From positions 6,792,122-6,856,121 of the forward strand of contig MU053810.1 in assembly GCA_013239625.1 (NCBI GenBank): DNA of 64,000 nucleotides. The letters are read 5' to 3'. How positions within the stretch are numbered: the first letter of the stretch is position 1; each line of letters begins with the position of its first letter. A program made the position numbers and the translations under genes. This document shows positions 27,011-39,126 of the stretch, one piece after another. This DNA is from Lama guanicoe. Lineage: Eukaryota. The notes under the pieces are model-generated. The model was given only the letters and a program-made list of their open reading frames with translations. It did no database searches and was not told the origin of the DNA.

Positions 27011-30000
27011 GCTGAACTCCAGCTGCCTCTGTTGTTTATATATGATTCTCATCTGCTGTCTGTGATTGTTCCGTCCGTCTCATGCAGTCACGTCTTTCAG
27101 CTTATTTCCCGTATTTACCTCACTGGTGAGCCACCAGTGTTTGCTTTCTGCATTGTGGGTTCATTTGTTGTTGTGCCTAACTGCTCATTCACTTTCAGGC
27201 CAGCATTTCTCTGTTTGCTTATCTGTGTCAAAGAAAAAAAAGAAGAAAAAAAAAATCCTAAACCTCCATGGTATGTAAGGTAGCTTTTACTGTCTCAGTC
27301 ACTTCACGCTGCTGACAGCCAGAGTAGATGAATCAAGGGCTTCCCTTCATATTTGATTTCTTCTAGAAATCAGATTTCACGTTTGTGCCCTCTCTACATT
27401 CTCAGACATTTAAAAATAAATTTTACTTCAGCTGTTTCGTGGCCTGGGGTAAACAGCTCGGGAATTTCATTTCACCTAGTGAATCTAGAACAGTTCAAAT
27501 GGCCCCCTCTCCCTCCACAGTGCTCCGTTGTCCCTGAAAGTCACTGCCTCCAGGAACACACCTCCCCGTGGTTTTATTTCTCCCTGACCCACACAAGCCA
27601 AGAATGTAGATTAACTATGATTTCCAAAATTCTTTGTGTCTATGTGATTGTTGAAAGCACAAGATTAATAAAGAAAAGTCTCACTTCTGCTTCCCCAGAT
27701 GAGAAAAATTGTTTTTAGGTTTGACACCAGCCATAGAAGAGGACATGATGAATAATTTTCAAAGTTGTAAGCCAACAGTTTCCAACCCTAGAGGTATGCT
27801 AGAAACACCTGTGACAATTTAAAAAATTATATGTGCATGAAGACCCCATTCCAAGAAACTTACTCCTAAGATCTGAGAAGGGGTATGTTTATCCAAATTT
27901 TAAAAGGCTGCACGGGGGATTCAGAAATCGATTGCCTAATAGATTTAAGTGACCCCCATCCAACCCAAGCACATGAGACTTTATTGGAAATAATAGTCAC
28001 CCACCCGTGGTAAGCATCTAATAACAGTATCTGAACAGGCCAGCCGGGGCCTAGCAGTCAGGAGGAGAACTGTGCAATGAATTCCAAAGTAGAAAGGGCA
28101 AACTCCAAGTCACAGGAGCCAAAAGCAGGAAAACTGGTTATCGTGGCATCGCCGGCACAGGCTTTGCTAGTGACCAACTGAATCAGGCGTGGAGATGGAA
28201 GCAGGTGGCCAGGCCAGAGCAGCAGAACCACAGCCTCAGTGAAGCATTCGTGTGTGCTGAGCTGAGGGGTTAAAGCTGAGGAAGAAGAACAAATTCTAGA
28301 GACAAAAGAGTGCAGAAGCTTGAAGATAAAAGGGGAGTAAACAGTCAATATGGAAGCTAAGAGCTCCATAATATTTACTGCATTTCTCCTGCTGTAGGCC
28401 AATAGAGGTTAAGGCCTTTGTTATTTATTTTAAGCTTCTCTGCTATGATTATTCACTTTGCTCCCTTATCCTTCCTATTTTTCATAAGGAAAATGAGGCC
28501 AAATGTTTTAGAAATTAGACTATGAGTCTTACTTCTAATCTATTTTAAATTTGGGTCCTAGAGCTAAAAATTGCCTGCATCACTGAAATGTCAAAAATGA
28601 TCCTATCTGAGTGTTTTATTCTGAAACAGAAAATAACATATATTTTTCTTCCGGGCCCTCAGCAGTATTATAAAGCAGTCTTATACTTAAATTCAGTAAT
28701 TTTTATGGAGAAATAATAAAATAAACTGGGAAGTCATTAGCACGGGCAAACAAGCTTTAGAGACATTTTAATGTCTCTAAAGTTCTACACGTTTCTGGGA
28801 TCTGTAATACATAAGAAATCGTCACTTTGCTAATTAGCATTATAAAGATAATTTAAGCCTCACAGACTTTGCAAAGCAAAAGAAGGAAGAGGAAAGGGAT
28901 CAATGTGAATCCTACTTCTCTTGAACTTCTACTTTTTCTCACGTCAACTCGGCTTTCTTCCAAATGAAACAAATGTCTCCCTGTCAGATGTATTTCTTAG
29001 GCGCTGTTGGTAGGGTGCAATTATGGATAATTAACAGGGAAAATGGAAACCCATGCTTTTCTTCTGCAAACGTCAACTAGGAAGTCAGCGAATGAAGGTG
29101 TAGATTGAGAGGTCCTGTCTTCTCTCTTCCTGGCTACTGCAAAGGAACCCCGCTCAAGGCACAGTCAAGAGCGTCATTCCTTAAGACAGCCGAACCCCAC
29201 CTCTCAAGGTTACACAGAGTTGGGCCCAGCCTGAAGATGGTGGCCGAGGCTGACGTGCTCAGGGAGCATTCAGTCCATTTCCCTTCCCTGATCTGTGCGG
29301 AAAGCCAAGAGGGAAAATCTGGAGGAAGAGTTCAGATCCGATATTGCAGCGAAGCCCAAAAGAAACTCATCATTTTGAAATATTGCAGACAGGAAAACCT
29401 ACCACGAACAGGTTCACCTTCTGCCCCTAGAAAGCCAGGCGACACATGTATAGGTGTGTGAAGAAGAACATGACTTTTATAGACATGGAAGAGCCTTGGC
29501 TCCATGACACCTCATCCCTAACAATCTCCAACAGAAAGAAACAATGTCTAATTCCCTGCCATGGTTTCCTTTCCTGTCCCTGAGAGCCTTGTGAGTCTAT
29601 CTGGGTGAACAGGGAAAGCCAAATGGAAGGAAGTACTGTAGACATACGTACAAGGAAGGTGGGACAAATGAGCCCTGAGGCCCCTCAAAGGATGGCTCCT
29701 GACCTCTGGTTTGAGGAGCGCTGATCCAGGAAAGCATGGGAGACACGCACTGCACTCCCGCTGAGCAAGAGCCACCTTCCAAGGTACTGACAAAGCTAAA
29801 CTGAATACCAATTAGTAGTGGCCCAAGTGCTCATGGCCCAAATGAAATTTTGTTTCAGTAAAGCAAAACTTTAAATAAAACTGAACATTATGATCCAACG
29901 CAGCCAAGCCATGCTTCTCCAGGCCTCCAGAACTTAGAAGCAGGCAATGGACTTGGGTTCTAAGCAGCTACGTTTGAAATGCAGATTGAGGCCTGATTGC

Positions 30001-30291
30001 CCTGTCTCCTTGCTCAACCCTGCCTGGGAAGACTGTTTTGAAATTTGAAGTTTGGGATCTGAAGGACCTGGTATGTCACCAAGAGAACAACAGGTCAAGA
30101 AACTGGCAGATGCTCCAAATTAGAATCACCTTTGTAGCTGACAGAAGTGACTGCATGGTGGAATTAAAGGATGCTAGGGTAGCCTTTCAGTCTAAATGTA
30201 TCCAGGCATCCTGATCTGCATGTGAAATGCCAGCACTGTCCATTCACTCATTTGGGCCTTGGCTTTTTAGTGTTTAAAAGTTCCTTATGAA

Positions 30292-30442
30292 TCCTAATGT
30301 ATAGCACAGGGAACATATTCAATATATTATAATAACCTGTAATGAAAAAGAATATATATATATGTATAACTGAATTACCAAGCTATACGGCAGAAACTGA
30401 TACAACACTGTGAATCAACTACCCTTCAATAAAAGAAAAAGG
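30292..30442 (+). mobile_element. 5'-truncated L1 3' end (cetartiodactyl-type)
   Basis: Sequence gtatagcacagggaac...gtgaatcaactacccttcaataaaa; 13-bp TSD with one mismatch (30279-30291 and 30443-30455). Confidence 0.8.
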
Positions 30443-30539
30443 AGTTTCTTATGAAAGGACAAACAGCCTTGGAGTATGAAGCAAGGTGCTGAGAGATGGT
30501 GACATGGAGATGGCAACTGGACCAGGCAGGTGCTGTATT

Positions 30540-30820
30540 TTAAGTGACAGCCAACTTCTTCAGTAAAGGGCCAGAAAGTGAATATTTCAGCCTTCCCAGA
30601 CCGTACCATCTCCATCAGAGCTACTCAGTTCTGCCACCATAGTGTGAAATCAGCCAGAGACAACATGTAGATACGTGAGTGTGGCTGTATTCCAATAAAA
30701 CTTTGTTTCTGGAGACTGAAATGTGAATTTCATTTAACTTTCATGTGACATGAAATAATTTTCTTCTTCTGATTTTTTTTCCATAACATTCAGCAGGTCA
30801 TAGTTTGCTGATCCCCGCTG
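30540..30820. mobile_element. MER58B-like hAT DNA transposon
   Basis: Sequence gtaaagggccaga.agtgaatatt...gtggctgtattccaataaaacttt...catagtttgctgatcccc. Confidence 0.8.
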
Positions 30821-33034
30821 TGTTAAGAAATAGAACTCACAAAATAAATCTCCCTGACTTCATTTTTAACTGGGATAGGCCTGACTATAACTAGATACTG
30901 AGCTCCTAAGAGAAAAATGGCTCAAGACACCACACAACTATGATGCTCCCACTAACGTCTCATAAAACAACTCTTTTCATTGAATTTGGAAGATGTTGTT
31001 CACTTAATTGTGAGTAAAGAGTGGTTTGCATTATGACCTCAGGAGAATCTTTGGGTATTTTTTCTCCATTTGTAACTGAACATGCTAATTCCTGTTATTT
31101 CTCTCCCTCCTGTAACGAACGGTCACAAATATTAGTGCTGTAAATGTGCTAAAAAACTTGGAGAGTGAGAATTTTGCAACTCTACTTTAGAAAAAACAAA
31201 TGTACATAAAGCAAGATGCCACTTGCTAAGTATGTGTAGTTCCTTGAATGATAACCACACAGTTAACATAACTGCTATGCCAATGCCTTGTAGCTTGTCA
31301 GCTTTCTTCCTTTCAAGAGAACTTCAGAGAAAGATCTGTGCTTTCCACTTTGATCTGGGCACTCAGCAGTCCTTTAATGTGCACTTGGACTTGTCCTTCC
31401 CTTCCCCTGTGATGGCTATGCCAAACTTGCCACAGTCCTCTCAACTCTCTACCCCACTCTACTCGAGAATACTCAGTAAATGACTTTATCCCAAATCTCG
31501 AACAGAATATTTAAGCTAAAATTTTTCAGCTGCATTGCCTGAACCCCAAATTACTGACATCTGCCTCATCAGCATCACCACTTCTCTAGTCTTAGATGCA
31601 ATTGAGATCTTCTGTTCAAATGAGTATCTCCACCACCGGTACTCAGAATCCTATTCCCTTCTGTTCTCATGGGACCATGTTCCACAATTCCCTGTATTTT
31701 CCACCTGCTCTTCTCTCCTTTCTCTAGTAGTTTATAAATATGTTCCCATTTTCCAAGACAAAACTCCCTTAACCCTGAGTCTCCCCTTTGGCCATTTAGT
31801 CATAGCCTCTTTCTATCTTACCTGAGAACCAAGCTTCTTGAAAGAATGCTGTATATTTATTTTCTCTACTTTTCTATTACCAACCCATCTCTGAGTCCAC
31901 CATAATCTGACTTCTCCGAAACTGCTCGGGTAAAAATTTTCAGAAACTTCATAATCATAAAATCCACAGAGTTATTTTCATCTGGGATTTATTGCAAATG
32001 GCGTTAGTGAACCTAATACTGTATTTTTCTATATAACTAGACAATTGTTCTTATACTAACTATTAAATGCAATCTCAGTCAAAATCTCAATAGGACTTTG
32101 CATTGAGTTTAACAAGCTTTCCCTCAATGTTAAATATGGAAGAGCTGAGACTAAAAATATCCAAAAGATTTTAAAGATTAAGACTACGAGCTACCAAACA
32201 CTTAGGTCCCAGTAAAAGTATAATAATTAAAATAGTGTGACATGGGTACAGCAATGAACTATTCTAGGCTTCGTTTTCCTTCATTGCTCTGTATTATCTG
32301 CTACTGTCTTTTGAGTCCCTCTCTGTCTCTATAAAACTTCTCTACTGGGAATGGCTCAGATCTCTCACTCCTCTGTCCACTTTCCTCCTTCTTTTTCTTG
32401 TATCTATTCCCAAGATGTTGTTTCCAATGCCTTTTTTTTTCTTACTGTAAACATTCCCCTAGAAAACTAAGAATTCGTCATGGCTTTAGCTCTCACTGTC
32501 TAACCAACACTATTTCTCTGTTCCCTTCCCAAATAAAATTCTTAGAAGTTCTGGATATACACGCTTTCTCTACCTCCTCCATCATCACTTAAAGGCACAC
32601 TGCTGAGGTTGTCAGTGACCTCCGTGTTGCCAAACCCACCGCATACTTCCCCTCCTCATTGTTAGTCTATCACTTTGCAGTTTTCCCCACGGTTGGCCAC
32701 TCTCCTTTTAAATACCATCCATCCTCTTTCGGATTCTGTAATATGACTGTGATTTGGCATCTCCCTATTTCCTTTGGCTACTCTTCAAGTTCTTGCATTT
32801 TCACTTTTCCTCAAAGTGTTGAAGAGGTTCAGTCCTGAGCATTCTCTTCTTTTTCTTCTTTGTACATTTCCTAAGTGGGTAATCTCATTTTCACAGCTTT
32901 AAATTTCTGTGTCTCACTGCTTATAACTCTTAGTTTATAGACAGAGACCAAACGCCTGCAGTCAGCTGCCAGCTCACACATCTAACTGCCCATCTGACAG
33001 CTCCACGTTGACTTCTCACAGGTGGGTTAACCAC

Positions 33035-33170
33035 CAGGGCTGCCAGATAAATAATGCGTATAAACACAAAATAATGTTTTAGTATTAGCATGCAATACTT
33101 GTCACAGACTTCATCTCAAATTCAAGTTTACTTGGGCAACCTGTTTTTTATGTGTTAAACTGGCAACCAT
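33035..33170. mobile_element. MER53-like hAT MITE nested in an L2
   Basis: Inverted termini cagggctgccagat and ctggcaacc; internal aaattcaagtttacttgggcaacctgt. Confidence 0.65.
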
Positions 33171-33464
33171 CGTTGAATTCATGTCCAAAGTGGAACTCCT
33201 GATTTTCCTTTCCTCTGCCCTTCAACCCACTCTCTCTCCAGTGTTTCAAACCACATTTTCTTAATTTTAGTAGGTGGCACCCACTTTTCACCCAGTTCCT
33301 CAAGCTACAACCCTGAGGGGATCAAATCTGATTTTTCTTTTTTCTTCACCTCTCACAACAAATTCATCAGCAGGTCCTGTCAGTTCCACCTCCTCATGTT
33401 TCCCAAATTCAGCCACTCTCCATGCCTCTGCCACCACTGTCCCTCCCCTAGACTAATTCAGGAG

Positions 33465-34061
33465 ACCTCTTACCATTTCCCCACTTTAACACTTGTCCCT
33501 TACTAAGCTATTCTCTGCAGAGCTGCTAGAGAAATTAGTCTCATACCTACATGAGATCATTTATCCCTCTGCTTCAAATACTTCAATGGCTTCTGACTGC
33601 ACTTGAAATAAAAGAAAACTCTTCACTCTGGCTGCTAGAACTCCGAAGGACTGGCTCTGTCTGAACTCAGCTCGCACCACTTTGCACCATTTGCCATCCA
33701 TGCTGGTCCTGCAGTTCCCAGAACATTCCATGACTCCTCACACTTCAGCACCTCTTCCTGGAAACCTCTTACCATTTCCCCACTTTAACACTTGTCCCTT
33801 ACTAAGCTATTCTCTGCAGAGCTGCTAGAGAAATTAGTTTCATGCTACATGAGATCATTTATCCCTCTGCTTCAAATACTTCAATGGCCTCTGACTGCAC
33901 TTCAAATAAAAGAAAACTTTTCACTCTGGCTGCTAGAACTCCGAAGGACTGGCTCTGTCTGAACTCAGCTCGCACCACTTTGCACCATTTGCCATCCATG
34001 CTGGTCCTGCAGTTCCCAGAACATTCCATGACTCCTCACACTTCAGCACCTCTTCCTGGAA
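33465..34061 (+). repeat. Head-to-tail tandem duplication with 299-bp and 298-bp units
   Basis: Unit 1 is 33465-33763 and unit 2 is 33764-34061; about 5 substitutions and 1 indel by eye. Confidence 0.95.
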
Positions 34062-34789
34062 TACTCCCCTGTCCCTGTTCCCCACCTCCTGGTTATCCTT
34101 GACACCTCAGATGAAATGACACTGCCTCAGAGCAGTCCTCCTAAACAGCTCATCTGGTAGAGTCTCCCCATCCCATTATTCTCTCTGGCTTATTATCCTT
34201 CCTCATGTTACTGTTACTTTCCTTCATGGCACTTAACACACTGGAATTTATTACTTTACTTACTCACTTATCTTTACACCGCAAGATTATGAACTCTGAT
34301 CAGAGAGTCACAGATGATACCTGTTTTGTTCACTATCCATAAACAATGCCTGGGAACTTAGTACAGCCTCAAAAAATACTGAATGAATGAATGCATGACT
34401 TACAAATTTACTTCTCTGGTGCCAGACCCATATGTCTAACAACTTCTGCCAGCTCAACAATTTGTCTCAAGTGCCCATAGGATAAAGCCCGAAATGCTTA
34501 GCTGGGCTTTTCAGGATTCATACTGAAATGTTTCAGTTTCCCTGAATGTGTCAGGGGCTCTCTCATACCTTCATGTTTATGTCTGTCTCTGTCCCTCTGA
34601 CCTCCTGACAGTCTGACCAGTGAAATTTCATCTTTCAAGATTCTTCTCACACGTCACTTCTTCTTTGAAGTCTTCCCAGACCACTGTTAACCACTCGTAT
34701 TTTATGCTATCATATTCTGTACAAATCCCTATTCATAGCTAGCATTTATTGTGCACTTTCCACAGGCCATTGATTGTAATAAATTTATT

Positions 34790-35015
34790 AGCATTCCACA
34801 TATTTTAATCTTTACTACAACCCTGTAAGCTTTATTGTTATGAGTTTCATTATTATTAGATTTATTATTATTATATCCATATGACAGAAAAGGAAACTGA
34901 GACAAAGAGAGGCTGGTAACTTAACTTACAGTTTAAGAGCTCTTTTGTATATGGCCAGGAGAGGCATCCACATAAATGGACTTTAGAGTCTGTGACCTTA
35001 ATCACTATTCCTACT
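34790..35015 (-). mobile_element. MIR fragment
   Basis: Sequence tttaatctttactacaaccctgtaag...ggaaactgagacaaagagagg. Confidence 0.65.
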
Positions 35016-36559
35016 GCCTTGCCAAGCAGTCAACATACTGCAGAACACATTTCTATCTACTTTCTATTTCCTTATATTCATTTCCCCATTAGATTGGGAG
35101 TCTCTCGTGGGCAAGCCAGTATTAAAATCATCTTTGTGAATTTAGCTAAATGTTCATGAATAAATAGTTAATAAAGGCATTAATTTCTAATTGTGCAAAG
35201 TACTTTGCTTATATGATATTTGAATGGGGTTTGAAAATCAAGATATAAGGAGTTTAGAAAAGACAGATTGGTCTTTTGTAATATTTTTCAACTAGCAAGC
35301 AATTCAGTACACTAGTACAGTAATTTTTAAAGTAATTTTTAGCATACTTCATATGTAATTGGCTTTACCCTTCACATAAGCATAAGTAAATGTCAGTGCC
35401 TCAGAAGAGGAACGGCGCTTAGGTGATCGGTAAACATTTTATGGCTCTGAAGGCATCACAATCGCTCTCGTTGTTCATAATTCATAATGAGCACTGCTGC
35501 CCAGATGGAGCAGGAGGTTATTTAAATGATGTTTCTTAAGAAGCACAGAAAGAAGGAAATCTCTCCAGCTGTAATGTTTTTCTCCACCTTCCTGCTGCTC
35601 CCCATATTTACTTTACACTACCCTGATGTTCATACACCCCCCTCCCCAAACCATTGCACGTGAGATGCTCCTTGGGTTAAGGCATTTAGGGATGCCATTA
35701 AAATGCAAAACTGTGTAGTAGCACAAATGAACAGAGACAAGGAAAGGATAACGCATTTAAATGGTACCATGCACGTATTCAGTTAACTAGTAGACAGCTA
35801 ACAAGAATGAAGCACAGGACATGTAAAGTTTTGATGAGGCATAAGGGTATGAGAAGAAAAGAAGAAAGTATGCTGGCCTAGAACCTGGATTACTGCAACG
35901 GGGCCAGGGTTGGCGAGGTCCACTTTTTAGAATTTAAGATAAAATTGCATTGTAACCATATGACAGCACAGCACAGTGGTTAACAGGTATGATGAGTCAT
36001 TAAAGCAAACAGACCCGAACTGTTAATCCTACATCCCCTAGGTAACAATGGATGCGTTTCTTAAACTCTATGCTTTGGTTTATTCAAAAATAAAATGACG
36101 ATAATACTAACTTACATGGTGGCCATAAGACTTTAACTCCTGAGTCACAGCCAATCATTTTTTACTGTTTAATTTTGATCACGGCACTTACTAGCCACCT
36201 GATACATTACCTTTTTTTTTTTTTTTTTTTTTAATCCTTTTTTCCCTCACCCCCACAGGGGAATCGGGGCACAGACCTCCTTTGTCCTGTTCATCACTGC
36301 GTTCCCAGCATGAGTGATACGTCCAAGCACTCGGTAGATGCTCAGCAGTTGGATGATGAATGGAAAGAAGGAATGGAAGGCAGAGAGGGATGGAATGAGA
36401 AGAAAAGGTGAAAGGGAAAGATTAAAAAATAGAGTGCTAAAATAAAACTTCAATAAATGTGGGAAATATTCTGGTGAAGGTTAATTAAATAACTATATTA
36501 AAACCATTTTCTCCCATCATTTAGTATGCTACAAGATCACTTTTATGGGCTATGTATTT

Positions 36560-37100
36560 AAATGCACGGATGACTTAACCCAATTTGGAATATTTAATTG
36601 TTCCTAGTTTGTTTGTACCATAAATAGTGCTATGATAAACATACACACACACATATGAATATATTTCTAAGTCCTTGTGCATGTCTATGATTTCCTTAGT
36701 ACAGACATCTAGAGTCAAAACTACTTTGCACTCTTAAGTTTATTGCACATAATGCCAAACCTCATCCAAAAGTTTCTACCAATTTATACAACCATCAGCA
36801 ATGTATGGGAGAACCTAATTCCCAAAATCTTCACCAACACAGAGAATTATTATTGTTATAAAAGTATATGTCATTGTTTTAATTTGCATTTTGTAATTAC
36901 TCACAGGTATAGAGAATGTATTTTTATGCTGTTGTTTTATAAATTGCTGGTGAATATTCTTTGCTTATTTTTCTATTGGGTATTTTTCTATTATTGATTC
37001 ATAAGAGAATTTTGTCTGTTTTTAGAGTAAGAATGTTAATTATTTACCATTATATCATATCAAAACACATTTTTCCAACTTGCCTTTTAATTTTGCTTTG
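36560..37100 (-). mobile_element. Old L1 (L1ME-like) fragment
   Basis: Motifs gtgctatgataaacat, ccaatttatacaaccatcagcaatgtatg and ttttaatttgcattt. Confidence 0.6.
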
Positions 37101-38059
37101 TTTAAATGTTAGCCTTAGTCCTAAAGCTCACCTTTTACAATTTGAAAGCTTATTGACCAGAAAAGTAGACATTCTTTGTTGCTAATAGAAGCAGCTTTAA
37201 GGAAAGGTGATCTACAAATGAGTTAAATAACTTCCACAGTAACAAGAGGAAGAAAAGATCTGAAAATCTAAACTTGAGCTGGGAGGCAAAGCTCTACTCA
37301 GAGCTCATAACATATTTTCTTGTTAACAAAATACATTGGGGGATGCATGTTGTACGCTGGGATGAAGGCCGTAATTTTTTAAGATCAGATTTCTTCTGGC
37401 ACTTTTATCAATATATACCACACGTATTTGTCAGAAGAAAAGTAAAAATGAATAAGAGTTGAAAGCATTACAGTTTATTTGAAATACACTTGCCTGTAAA
37501 TATTTAGGGGAAAACACCTGTCAAAATACACTTCAGACTGTGTCAAGTTCAAACTACTTGAGAACTGACTAGGAAATTATGCAACGGAATAACTCCTGGT
37601 AAATCCATTATATCTTGGACAGACAGGGCAGTTCATCGCCTGTGGAAATGCTGAATTTTGATATAATTTTTTAGGAAGTAGACTATCCGTAAACCAAACA
37701 GTTTCATGGCCACACTTATCACAGACACCCTCCAACATCCTGCATAAGTAGCTTTTATTTCTTCATTTGTCCCCAAGCCTGAAACTCCCAGCCAAGGAGT
37801 GGCAAATATGTGGTACATATGTCATTAGTCTTCCTGTTTATTGGACCTATGGCTACTGAGTTAGCCAATACCAATCACTTTTCAGAAGAAATGCTTTTGC
37901 TGCCTTGGGACCCTTTTTAACACAGTGCTCTGATAAACATTTTGTTCATGAAATAAATGTATAAAATAATCCAACATAATTTACAAAGCCAATCCAAAAG
38001 TTTCTAAGTTTTCAGTTATGTAATTGAAATATACCCCAACCCATTTATCTTGTAGTAAG

Positions 38060-39126
38060 AAAGGCACAGACCAATGGAACAGAATACAGAGCTCAGAACT
38101 AAACCCTCATGTATACTGTCAGATGATCTCTGATAAGGGTGACAAGACCACACAGTGGAAAGACCTATTCTCTTCAACAAATAGTGCTGGGAAAACTAGG
38201 TATCCACATGCAAAAGAACGAACTTGGGCCCAAATTAACTCAAAACAGATCAAAGTCTAATGTGAGGCCTAAAAGTATAAAACACTTAGAAGAAAACATA
38301 ACAGGAAAGCTTCAGGACACTGGCTTTGGGAATGATTTCTTAGATATGATAACAAAAGTACAGTCAACAAAAGAAAACGTAGGTAAACTGGACTTTTGCA
38401 AAATTAAAAACTTTGGGGCATCAAAGGACACTGTCAAAAGAGTGAAAAAAACCCATAGGATGGGAAAAAATGGGATAAGTGACTCATATTCAGAATATAT
38501 AAAGAACTCCTATGGCTCAGCAATGAACAACCAACCAACTCAAAAGTGAGCAAAAGACTCGAATGGATATTTCTGCAAAGAAGATTATCAATAAGTACAT
38601 GAAAAGATGCTCAACTGCCACCAATCTTTAGGAAAATGCAAATCAAAACCACAATGAAACACCACTTCACATTCATTAGGATGACTATGATAAAAAACAA
38701 AAACAAAACCAGAAAATCACAAGTGTTGGTGAGGATGTGAAGGAATTGGAACCCTCATGAATTTGTTGGTGAAAATATCAAATGGTTTGGCTTCTGTGGA
38801 AAACAGTTGGGTAGTTCCTCAAAAAATTAAACACAGAATGACTGTGTGATTCAGCAATTATACTCCTAGGTTATATCCAAATAACTGAAATTGGGATCTC
38901 AACCAAATGCTCATACACCAGTGTTCACAATAGCATTATTTACAATAATCGAAAGGTGGAAACAAACCGAAAGTCCTTCAATAGATAAACAAAATGAGGT
39001 AACCACACACAATGGAATATTATCCATCAATTAAAAGAAACAAAGTTATGACGCATGCTACACAATAGATAAACCTTTAAAACATTATGCTAGGTGAAAT
39101 AAACCAAACACAAAAGAACAAATGGT
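38060..39126 (+). mobile_element. L1 (L1MB-like) ORF2 3' part and 3'UTR; left half of the element split by the GAS2L1 retrocopy
   Basis: Degenerate ORF2 peptides (DQWNRI, LEENI.GKLQD.GFGNDFLDM) and typical L1 3' motifs (aatggaatattat...). Confidence 0.88.

Larger units (their letters stand above)
32520..34395 (+). mobile_element. L2 3' region (contains the MER53-like element and the tandem duplication)
   Basis: Motifs catgtccaaagtggaactcctgat and ctgttttgttcact; terminal gaatgaatgaatg. Confidence 0.75.

Noticed and set aside
38024..38549. ORFs of 78 and 136 aa
   Set aside because: Degenerate L1 ORF2 remnants, not host genes.
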